Shown here in pieces: positions 5,717-12,239 of a stretch of 12,239 bases of DNA; positions within the stretch are counted from its first letter, which is position 1, and each line of letters starts with the position of its first letter. The position numbers and the translations under genes were made by a program. The stretch is from Victivallaceae bacterium (GTDB taxonomy: Bacteria; Verrucomicrobiota; Lentisphaeria; Victivallales; Victivallaceae): NCBI GenBank assembly GCA_050255955.1, contig JBFWIO010000048.1, forward strand, positions 1-12,239, given 5' to 3'. A model generated the notes under the pieces. The model was not told the DNA's origin. It did not search any database and was given only the letters and a program-made list of their open reading frames with translations.

Positions 5717-7093
5717 ATGAAGAACCACGCTTTGATTCTCGTTGCCGCCATCGGTATGCTCACGGCACTCGCCGGCGGCTGCCGGAGCGAAGCCGGACTC
5801 TCGCTCTATAACTCCGAATTCCAACAGGTCGTCCGCCAATCGAGCGACCGGGTGTTCCCGGCAGTGGTCTATTTGAAAGTCATCCGCGAAGACCTCCAGG
5901 GCGGCAAGGAAAGCGCAGCGGCAGTCACCGGAAGCGGCGTTCTCATCTCCGCCGACGGGGAACTCCTCACCAACTTTCACGTCATCGACAAAGCCCGCGA
6001 AATCCGCTGCCTCCTCCACGACGGCTCGGCGTTTCCCGCCAAAATCATCGGGAGCGACAAAGACCTCGACCTCGCACTGCTCAAGCTCGAACGCCCCGCC
6101 GGGGCTCCCGGGCTCCCCTTTGCCCGGCTTGCCGCCGACCGCGTCATCGAGGGCGACTTCGTGATGGCGATGGGCGCTCCGTGGGGCCTCGCCCGCTCGG
6201 TCTCGATCGGCATCATCTCTTGCGCAAGGCGTTATCTCCCCGCCAACGGCGAGTATTCGCTGTGGTATCAGACCGACGCCTCCATCTCCCCCGGCAACTC
6301 CGGCGGACCACTGGTCAACACCCGGAGCGAAGTCGTCGGCATCAACACCCTCGGCGCGCTGACCGGCGGCACCCTCGGCTTCACCATTCCCTCGCCGGTG
6401 ATCATCGCGGTGCTGCCGCGCTTGCGCGAATACGGCAAAGTCAACTGGGCCTGGTTCGGCTTCCGGCTCCAGCCGCTGCATGACTTTGACCTCAACATCT
6501 ATTTCAACTACACCAACGGTGTGATGATCGCCGGCACCGAGCCCGGCAGTCCGGCCCGCCGCGCCGGCTTTCTGCCCCACGACCGCATCATTGCCATCGA
6601 CGGCAAGTCGGTCACCGCGCTCAACCGGGAGGATCTGCCTGAACTCCGCCGCGAACTCGGCTTGTTCCCCTTTGACCGCGAAGTCCGCTTCACCGTGGCC
6701 CGCAACGGCGAGACCCTCGAACTCACCGCCGCGCCGCGCGCCAAAGGCGTGGTCGAGGGCGGCGAAATCGCTTTCCCGCGCTGGGGCTTCACCGCCAAGG
6801 AAATCAACCGTTTCGACACACCCAACCTCTATTTCTACTGCAACGAAGGCGTTTTCGTCTACGGCATCGACAACTTCGGCAACGCCGTCAATGCCCGGCT
6901 CAACCGCCACGACATCATCAAGGCGGTGGACGGCACCCCGGTCGCCACCCTCGATGAACTCCGCGCCGCCTACGACCGCTCGCTTCGCGAAATCGACCGC
7001 AAAAACCGGATTTCAATCGATATCCTCCGCAACGGCGTGCCCCGCCGTATCGTGCTTGATTACCTCAATGACTACAACAAGGAGCAGCCATGA
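5717..7093 (+). CDS. htrA: HtrA/DegP/DegQ-family periplasmic serine endoprotease with two PDZ domains and a signal peptide
   Basis: 458 aa from the MKNHAL start (AAAGGA SD 6 nt upstream). The ORF-track start at 5675 has no spaced SD. The N-terminal signal peptide is MKNHALILVAAIGMLTALAGGC. The catalytic triad sits in family motifs: TNFHVI (His, codon 5978-5980), DLDLALLKL (Asp, 6068-6070) and GNSGGPLVN (Ser, 6299-6301). Two PDZ-like segments follow (GVMIAGTEPGSPARRAGFLPHDRIIAIDGKSV and GVFVYGIDNFGNAVNARLNRHDIIKAVDGTPV). The antisense 424-aa ORF 5636..6910 is a high-GC artefact. Confidence 0.9.
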   Translation: MKNHALILVAAIGMLTALAGGCRSEAGLSLYNSEFQQVVRQSSDRVFPAVVYLKVIREDLQGGKESAAAVTGSGVLISADGELLTNFHVIDKAREIRCLLHDGSAFPAKIIGSDKDLDLALLKLERPAGAPGLPFARLAADRVIEGDFVMAMGAPWGLARSVSIGIISCARRYLPANGEYSLWYQTDASISPGNSGGPLVNTRSEVVGINTLGALTGGTLGFTIPSPVIIAVLPRLREYGKVNWAWFGFRLQPLHDFDLNIYFNYTNGVMIAGTEPGSPARRAGFLPHDRIIAIDGKSVTALNREDLPELRRELGLFPFDREVRFTVARNGETLELTAAPRAKGVVEGGEIAFPRWGFTAKEINRFDTPNLYFYCNEGVFVYGIDNFGNAVNARLNRHDIIKAVDGTPVATLDELRAAYDRSLREIDRKNRISIDILRNGVPRRIVLDYLNDYNKEQP

Positions 7094-9264
7094 CCGGAAA
7101 ACTCATTCTCGCCGCACTGATATCGCTCGGTTGCAGCCTCGCCGCAGCCGAACCCGCCGTCCCGGACGGCTCCGTGCTCAACCGGCAACTGCTTTCCCGT
7201 CTGGGCGATTCGGCGGTCAAGGTCAACACTTATTTCAAAGTCAACGCCAACGGCGAAATGCCGGAGATGCGGGTACAATATCTATGCCCCAACTGCGGCG
7301 AGTTTCACTCCCAGGGCGTCGAAGAGCTGGTCAAGGAGCGCCGTCCGATGGCCCAGCCCGGTTACGCGGTCGCTCCCGATGAAATTATCGCCTCCGACCT
7401 CCATCTGGTCCCGGAATGGCTCGACCGGATCGAAGCGGTCTTCAAGGGCAAGTCGTATCCCGCCGAAATCGTCGCCTATTATCCCGACCGCAATGCCGTG
7501 AAACTGAAGCTGAAAACCGCCCCCGAAGGACTCAAGCCGCTTCATTTCGCGCCGCTCGCCGCGGATGCCCGACGCTACAACTTCTTTATCGTCGAAGAGG
7601 ACGGCATGGCCATCGCAGGCGTCCTGCCGGACAGCGCCGACAGCGCTTTCCGCAATCTCGAAACCGGCCTCGATTACCGCAAGCTCAAACCCAATATGCT
7701 CCTCGTCGACGGCTCCGGCAACGTCGCGACCATCAACATGAACGAAAAGTTCCCGCTCGCCGCCGACCGCTCCGCTCCCCCCGCAAACTGGCCTTGCCGG
7801 AGCGCCGCCGACCGCCAGGCTGAACTCGACCGCTTCAGTGCCATGCTCAAGGAGAATATCTATCCGATCCGGCTCCGATTGGCGGTCGAAGACAGCAACA
7901 CTCCCCAGATTATGCGCAGGATGAACCGCGATGAGAAGAACAAAAACGAATTCGACGGCATCGGCATCAAACTTGCCGACGGCCAAATGCTGGTCAATCT
8001 CCGTCTCGACCCCAGCCAGACCGCCCGGCTTGACCGCATCTTCATCCTCGACGGCGACAAGATGATCGATTGCGACTTCGTCGGTTCGCTCGGCGAATTC
8101 GGCGCACTGATCGTCAAGCCCCGGACCGAACTGCCCGGCCAGGGTTTGTCCTTTGATCCCAAGCGCCCCGCCGGACGGCTCGACCAACTTCTCAACGCCG
8201 CCACCATCCGCAACTTTGACGGCAAATTGCGTATCCACGTCACGCCGGTACAACTCACCGGGTTCGAGGTCGGACGCGATGATTTCCTGATCCCGAAAAC
8301 CACCTACCAGAACCGCGAACACGGGTTCCTTTTCACGCCCGACAACCGGATTCTGCTGTTGCCGCTGCTCCGCCGCGACAATCTTGAGCGCTTTGGCGAA
8401 AACTCCGCAAAACCGGTCACCGGCGAACAGCTCGCTGCCGTCTTTCATTCCGAAGAGCTCTTTGACGCCAATAATATTCCGCGCAAAGCCGCCGACCGCA
8501 ACCAGACCGCCTGGCTCGGCGCCGACTTCCAAAGCCTGACCCCCGAGCTCGCCCGCGACAACAACAGCTCCACCCAGACCGAAAATGGCCGCAAAGGCAT
8601 CCTCATTACCAGCATTCAGGCCGACTCCCCCGCCGCCAGGCTCGGCCTACAGGCCGGTGACATCCTGCTCTATTTGCGTCCTGTCGACTCCCAGCGGCGG
8701 ATTACCATCGAGGGCTACGAATTCAACCGCAACGAATATCTCGCCGAATTCCCATGGGACCGCTACGATCAGATCCCCGAACGCTTCTTCGACCAGATCC
8801 CCACCCCTTGGCCGCCTGCCGAAAACGAGCTCACCAACCGCCTTACCAAGCTCGGCATCGGCCGCAAAATCGCGCTCGGCATCCTCCGCAGCGGCGAACT
8901 CGGCGAGAAAGAACTTACCCTCGAAAAAATGCCCCCCGATTTCAGCAACGCCCCCCGTTTCGTTGAAAAAAATATCGGGCTCACCGTCGTCGAACCGACC
9001 TTTGAAGTCCGCAACTTCTTCCGGATGAAACCCGACGACCCCGGCCTCCTCATCGCCAAAATCCGCCCCGGCAGCCCCGCCTCCGTCGCCGGCCTCAAAC
9101 CCTACGAAATCATCCTCAGCATCGATGACCGGAGCGTCAAATCGGTCAAAGACTTCGAAGCTTTGGTCAAAGACAAAACCAGCTTCAACTTTGCCGTCCG
9201 CCGCCTCGCCGCCACCCGCGTCGTCAAATTCCAGCTCCCGCCGCCGCCCGCTGCCGCTCCCTGA
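7090..9264 (+). CDS. Divergent HtrA-like protein: signal peptide, degenerate trypsin-fold domain retaining His/Asp/Ser at HtrA spacing, a ~290-aa insert of unknown function, and two C-terminal PDZ domains
   Basis: 724 aa. The ATG overlaps the htrA stop (ATGA at 7090-7093), and an AAGGAG SD sits 8 nt upstream. The signal peptide is MTGKLILAALISLGCSLAAA|EP. Triad candidates are His105 in DLHLV (7402-7404), Asp133 in DRNAVKLKL (7486-7488) and Ser209 in VDGSGNVATIN (7714-7716). Their spacings (28, 76) match the htrA copy (30, 77). A PGYAVAPDEIIASDLHLV segment aligns to GSGVLISADGELLTNFHVI. The PDZ-like segments are GILITSIQADSPAARLGLQAGDILLYL and GLLIAKIRPGSPASVAGLKPYEIILSIDDRSVKSVKDFEALV. A CPNCGEF motif is near the N-terminus. 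Confidence 0.75.
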   Translation: MTGKLILAALISLGCSLAAAEPAVPDGSVLNRQLLSRLGDSAVKVNTYFKVNANGEMPEMRVQYLCPNCGEFHSQGVEELVKERRPMAQPGYAVAPDEIIASDLHLVPEWLDRIEAVFKGKSYPAEIVAYYPDRNAVKLKLKTAPEGLKPLHFAPLAADARRYNFFIVEEDGMAIAGVLPDSADSAFRNLETGLDYRKLKPNMLLVDGSGNVATINMNEKFPLAADRSAPPANWPCRSAADRQAELDRFSAMLKENIYPIRLRLAVEDSNTPQIMRRMNRDEKNKNEFDGIGIKLADGQMLVNLRLDPSQTARLDRIFILDGDKMIDCDFVGSLGEFGALIVKPRTELPGQGLSFDPKRPAGRLDQLLNAATIRNFDGKLRIHVTPVQLTGFEVGRDDFLIPKTTYQNREHGFLFTPDNRILLLPLLRRDNLERFGENSAKPVTGEQLAAVFHSEELFDANNIPRKAADRNQTAWLGADFQSLTPELARDNNSSTQTENGRKGILITSIQADSPAARLGLQAGDILLYLRPVDSQRRITIEGYEFNRNEYLAEFPWDRYDQIPERFFDQIPTPWPPAENELTNRLTKLGIGRKIALGILRSGELGEKELTLEKMPPDFSNAPRFVEKNIGLTVVEPTFEVRNFFRMKPDDPGLLIAKIRPGSPASVAGLKPYEIILSIDDRSVKSVKDFEALVKDKTSFNFAVRRLAATRVVKFQLPPPPAAAP

Positions 9265-9348
9265 GCTGTCAGGCGGGCGCATCCCGCCCGTTGGGGAAGA
9301 TGGGAAATCAGGAGGAGCGGGGGAGGGGGCGCGAGACCGTTTCCGGGC

Positions 9349-9389
9349 AAAAAAACGCTCCGGGGCGATGCGGATGCACCTTGCCCCGG
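9349..9389 (-). terminator. Candidate intrinsic terminator for the minus-strand SGNH gene: 7-bp GC stem CCGGGGC/GCCCCGG, 16-nt loop, then U7 on the minus strand
   Basis: On the minus strand the stem is formed by 9383-9389 paired with 9360-9366, followed by a 4-nt spacer and TTTTTTT (complement of the A7 at 9349-9355). It lies about 20 nt downstream of the SGNH stop at 9409. The loop is long, so confidence is only moderate. Confidence 0.35.
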
Positions 9390-9408
9390 AACGGAACCGC
9401 TTCAATCA

Positions 9409-10548
9409 TTACCGCTTGTCGAGCGCCTGCCGGAGCACCGGGAGGACGCGGCGGTACATCTGATAGAAGCCGAGGTCATTGGGATGACAGCCGTCAACCG
9501 TGCAATAGTCTTTGCCGGGTTCGCCGAAGAGTTCGGAGCCGTCGATGAAATAGACGTTGCGGTCGCCGCGGTCGATGGCGTTCTGGCAGGTCTTTTTGAT
9601 GATGTCGCGGCGTTTGGCGTCGGGGCCGGAGCACTTGCTCATCATGATGATCGGCAAATCAGGGTTTTTCTCGCGGATTTTGAGGAAAAAGGGCTCGTGG
9701 GTTTTGGCAAGGTGGGCGGCGCCGGGGGCGTTGTAGTCGTAATCGTAGACGAACGCGGCGAGGTCGAGACCGGCGATGGCCTCGGCAAGCGCGATTTCGC
9801 CTTTGGCGTTGCCGGAGAAGCCGAGATTAATCTGGGGTGCATCGACGGCGCGGCAGAGCATGGTGGTGTAATTATTGGCCGGTCGCGAAGCACAGCCGCC
9901 CTGGGTGATCGAGGAGCCGTAGAAGAGGATCGGTTTGGCGATCCGGTGCGGCGTGGGAGCTTCAAGTTTCGCCCCGGGCGCGATGCCGGCTTCGAGGCTC
10001 TGAACGCCGCCGTAGAGCGGGAGGTAGATCACCCAGTCGCGCATTTCGCCGGCTTTGGCAAATGAGTTGGCTTTGCGTTCGAGGACTTCGCCTTTGAGGT
10101 GTTCCGGGCTTGGCTGTATGGTGGTGTTGTAGTGACTTGCGCCTTTGGCATCGGACTGGAAGAGGTCGAAGCCGCAACTGCCGCTGCGCGGCATGTGATT
10201 CATATCCGACCCGGCGCGCAACGTGGCGCGGATCGCCAGGTACGGCGAATCGGTGCGGAAGCGGACCGCGCCGCCCGAGGTGTGTTTTGCCAAAGCGATG
10301 ACCCCCTCGCTGGTCTGTTCCGAAGTGAGTTCGGCGGGAATCCGGTAGAGTTCGCCGCCCGGCTTGCGCCAGGCGAAGCCGGTGACTTCAAAGGGAGCTC
10401 CCGCGAGGGCGTCATAATAGTTGACCGCGACGTCGCCGATGGTGGCCGGCCGGAAATTCTTGTCGATCGCGGCGATGTCGGTGGTTTGGGCGGCGACCGC
10501 GAATCCGGCGGCCAGCATGGCCCCGCCAAGTTGGTTTTTGCGTTTCAT
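9409..10548 (-). CDS. Secreted SGNH/GDSL-family hydrolase (putative carbohydrate O-acetylesterase type) with an N-terminal beta-sandwich-like domain and a signal peptide
   Basis: 379 aa from MKRKNQLGGAMLAAGFAVAAQ (signal peptide). The SGNH blocks are I ILFYGSSITQG (Ser nucleophile), II GFSG, III SGNAKG and V DGCHPN (Asp-x-x-His). The ORF-track start at 10701 would overlap pilT and adds an Arg-rich artefact. The chosen ATG lies 2 nt after the pilT stop. Confidence 0.8.
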   Translation of the reverse strand: MKRKNQLGGAMLAAGFAVAAQTTDIAAIDKNFRPATIGDVAVNYYDALAGAPFEVTGFAWRKPGGELYRIPAELTSEQTSEGVIALAKHTSGGAVRFRTDSPYLAIRATLRAGSDMNHMPRSGSCGFDLFQSDAKGASHYNTTIQPSPEHLKGEVLERKANSFAKAGEMRDWVIYLPLYGGVQSLEAGIAPGAKLEAPTPHRIAKPILFYGSSITQGGCASRPANNYTTMLCRAVDAPQINLGFSGNAKGEIALAEAIAGLDLAAFVYDYDYNAPGAAHLAKTHEPFFLKIREKNPDLPIIMMSKCSGPDAKRRDIIKKTCQNAIDRGDRNVYFIDGSELFGEPGKDYCTVDGCHPNDLGFYQMYRRVLPVLRQALDKR

Positions 10549-10550
10549 GG

Positions 10551-11648
10551 TCAGTCGCCGAGGCCGCCGTTGCCGGAGGAGAGGAAGATGCCCTCGAAGT
10601 TCATCTTGAGCGCCTCGGGATTGTCGGATTCGATCAGGGCGTCTTCCTCGGTGATCACGCCGTCGTTGACCAACCCGAGCAAACACTGATTGAATGTGCA
10701 CATCCCGTCGTTGACGCTGCCGGCGATGGCGCCGGGGAGCTTGTCGAGCTTGTTGTCGGCGATGAGTTTGGATATGACCCCGTTGTTGATCATAATCTCG
10801 CAGGCGGGAACCCGGCCGTTGCCCATCGCTTTGGACACCAGCCGTTGCGAGATGATCGCGGCGAGGTTGAGCGAAAGCGCTTCGCGGATGGCGTCCTGCT
10901 CCTCTTTTTCGTAAAGGTCGAGGATACGGTTGACCGACTGATAGGCGTTGGTGGCGTGGAGCGTGGTGATCACCAAATGTCCGGTGTCGGCGGCCTGGAG
11001 CGCGGCTTCGAAGCTGGTTTTGTCGCGCATTTCCCCGACCATGATGATGTCCGGGTCCTGGCGCAGCGAGTGGATCAGCGCCGATTCAAAGGAATCGGTG
11101 TCGATGCCGACTTCGCGCTGTTCAAAGAGGCACAGATTGTCGGTGAATTCGTATTCGATCGGATCCTCGATGGTGATTACGTGTTTGCGCTCGCGCTGGT
11201 TGATGTATTCGAGCACCGCCGCCATCGAGGTGGATTTCCCGGAGCCGGTGGTTCCGGTGAAGAAGACGATGCCGCGCGGCATTTCGGCGATTTTGGCGAT
11301 CGAAGCGGGGAGGCCGAGTTCTTCAAAGGTGCGGATGGTGTTTTTGACATAGCGCATATTGATACTGGTGGTGCCGCGCTGGCGGTGGATGTTGACGCGA
11401 AAACGGCCGACGTTTTCCTCCAGCAGCGAAAGGTCGAGGTCGCCGGTTTTGCGGAAGACTTCGAGCTGTTCCGGAGTGGCGATTTCGGAGCAGAAGCGGG
11501 CCATCGCCGCGGCGTCGGCGGTGAAGCTGGTGTCGACCAGGCTGTTGCCTACCCGGAAGACCGTCGGTGCGCCGGTTTTGATGTGCAAATCGGAGGCGTC
11601 GGATTGGACCGCGAGATCAAGCAGGTCGTGGAAAATCGTATTCGGCAT
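10551..11648 (-). CDS. pilT: PilT/PilU-family type IV pilus retraction ATPase (twitching-motility ATPase)
   Basis: 365 aa. N-terminal SDLHIKTGAPTVFRVGNSL and GRFRVNIHRQRG. Walker A GTTGSGKST. Asp box ITIEDPIEYEF. Walker B DIIMVGEMRD. His box TGHLVITTLHAT. The C-terminus reads GRVPACEIMINN...GMCTFNQCLLGLVNDGVITEEDAL. The blocks are collinear with PilT. A GAGGT SD is present, and the start lies 9 nt after the upstream gene's stop. Confidence 0.88.
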   Translation of the reverse strand: MPNTIFHDLLDLAVQSDASDLHIKTGAPTVFRVGNSLVDTSFTADAAAMARFCSEIATPEQLEVFRKTGDLDLSLLEENVGRFRVNIHRQRGTTSINMRYVKNTIRTFEELGLPASIAKIAEMPRGIVFFTGTTGSGKSTSMAAVLEYINQRERKHVITIEDPIEYEFTDNLCLFEQREVGIDTDSFESALIHSLRQDPDIIMVGEMRDKTSFEAALQAADTGHLVITTLHATNAYQSVNRILDLYEKEEQDAIREALSLNLAAIISQRLVSKAMGNGRVPACEIMINNGVISKLIADNKLDKLPGAIAGSVNDGMCTFNQCLLGLVNDGVITEEDALIESDNPEALKMNFEGIFLSSGNGGLGD

Positions 11649-11657
11649 TGGGTTACC

Positions 11658-12125
11658 TCAGTTTTGGGCTTTGACGGCAAGCGGTTTAAAGGTGGCGAGC
11701 AATTCGTCGCCGCGGTAGAAACAAAGCGAAGTCGATTCGATCGCGACACGGTCGGTCTGGTTGAGCACGCCGAGCACCTGACGTTCGTATTCGAGGCCCG
11801 GCCCGGCCATCATGGTGGTGCCGATCCGGCCGAATTTGATCATCTCCCCGGTCAGCATGTATTCGCTGAAAAAGTTGTTGACCCCGGCGCAGCCGCTGAT
11901 CCGGCCGGCGGCAAAGGTGATGGTGACGGCCTTTTCCGGTTTCGTCAGATCGGCGGCATCCGGACTGGAGAGCGTCTCAAGCTCCCAACTTCCGATGATG
12001 CGCCGGTCCAGCGCCGGGGTGGTTTCACGGAAATGCTCCTCCGGCTGGAAACTCCGGCATCCGGCAAGCGGCGCGAGCCAGGCGGCGGCGGCGCATACGG
12101 CGACGGCGAAATATACTTGCTTCAT
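11658..12125 (-). CDS. META-domain (HslJ/DUF306-like) lipoprotein
   Basis: 155 aa from MKQVYFAVAVCAAAAWLAPLAGC. This has a classical LAGC lipobox and a GAGGA SD 5 nt upstream. The body carries the META/HslJ pattern GRISGCAGVNNFFSEYMLTGEMIKFGRIGTTMMAGP. The ORF-track start at 12152 adds nine residues with no SD. Confidence 0.7.
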   Translation of the reverse strand: MKQVYFAVAVCAAAAWLAPLAGCRSFQPEEHFRETTPALDRRIIGSWELETLSSPDAADLTKPEKAVTITFAAGRISGCAGVNNFFSEYMLTGEMIKFGRIGTTMMAGPGLEYERQVLGVLNQTDRVAIESTSLCFYRGDELLATFKPLAVKAQN

Positions 12126-12239
12126 CAAATCCTCGCTGGGTTGAACGTTCATGCGGACCCCCGGAAACGCGGCTCCGGCGCATGGTTGCCTTTGCCGGAT
12201 ACTATATCCTCTTTTTTAAAGCTTTCCAGAGATTATTTC

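Noticed and set aside
5717-5785. Possible lipoprotein status of HtrA (LAGGC) and of the HtrA-like protein (ISLGCS).
   Set aside because: Neither matches the [LVI][ASTVI][GAS]C lipobox at the correct positions. They are more likely ordinary SPase-I signal peptides. Only the META protein (LAGC) has a classical lipobox.
5636-6910. A 424-aa minus-strand ORF antisense to htrA. Similar long antisense ORFs are 7282..8532 and 8647..9405 opposite the HtrA-like gene, 3815..4420 opposite flotillin, 2814..3437 opposite nfeD, and 9484..10065 and 10099..10689 opposite the SGNH gene.
   Set aside because: They are Gly/Ala/Val/Asp/Glu- or Arg/Pro-rich with low complexity and no recognisable motifs. They lie exactly opposite genes with strong family signatures. 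They are typical stop-codon-poor antisense frames of GC-rich coding DNA.
6591-7382. The 263-aa plus-strand ORF overlapping the 3' half of htrA and the start of the next gene in another frame.
   Set aside because: Ser/Thr/Ala/Pro/Arg-rich out-of-frame artefact. Both overlapped genes have intact family motifs in their own frames.
9265-9300. The hairpin CGGGCG/catcc/CGCCCG downstream of the HtrA-like gene, considered as its terminator.
   Set aside because: It is followed by TTGGGGAAG, not a U-tract, so the evidence for an intrinsic terminator is weak. The convergent minus-strand terminator candidate at 9349-9389 is better supported.
1-12239. Searched by eye for tRNA/rRNA genes, IS/transposase or integrase fragments, toxin-antitoxin pairs and defence-system hallmarks.
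   Set aside because: None found. Every sizeable ORF with a coherent composition is accounted for by the ten genes listed.

Overview
This 12.2-kb window looks like a segment of a GC-rich bacterial chromosome, probably from an anaerobe, carrying ten protein-coding genes in four blocks. No tRNA, rRNA, CRISPR array, transposase or integrase signature is visible. The only AT-rich stretch is the 2606-2837 divergent promoter region.

The four blocks are:
- **Minus strand, 1-2605:** a rex -> nuoE-like -> nuoF-like redox module. The NuoF homologue has an extra N-terminal thioredoxin-like [2Fe-2S] domain, as in HydB/HndC/FdhB-type subunits. Its gene runs off the window edge.
- **Plus strand, 2838-4873:** a divergently transcribed NfeD-like membrane protein plus a flotillin (SPFH) scaffold.
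- **Plus strand, 5717-9264:** two translationally coupled HtrA-family PDZ proteases. The first is canonical. The second is 724 aa and divergent.
- **Minus strand, 9409-12125:** a convergent, tightly coupled three-gene cluster of a META/HslJ-like lipoprotein, a PilT-family ATPase and a secreted SGNH/GDSL hydrolase.

The least ordinary part is the ~840-bp non-coding stretch between flotillin and htrA (4874-5716). It starts with five to six tandem 19-20-bp units, each a GC block followed by an A7-8 tract. A dense run of short perfect GC hairpins follows. A 41-bp tandem repeat comes next, in 2.7 copies.

I do not see a recognisable undescribed multi-gene system, such as a defence island, in this window. 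The points worth a second look are listed in the findings.
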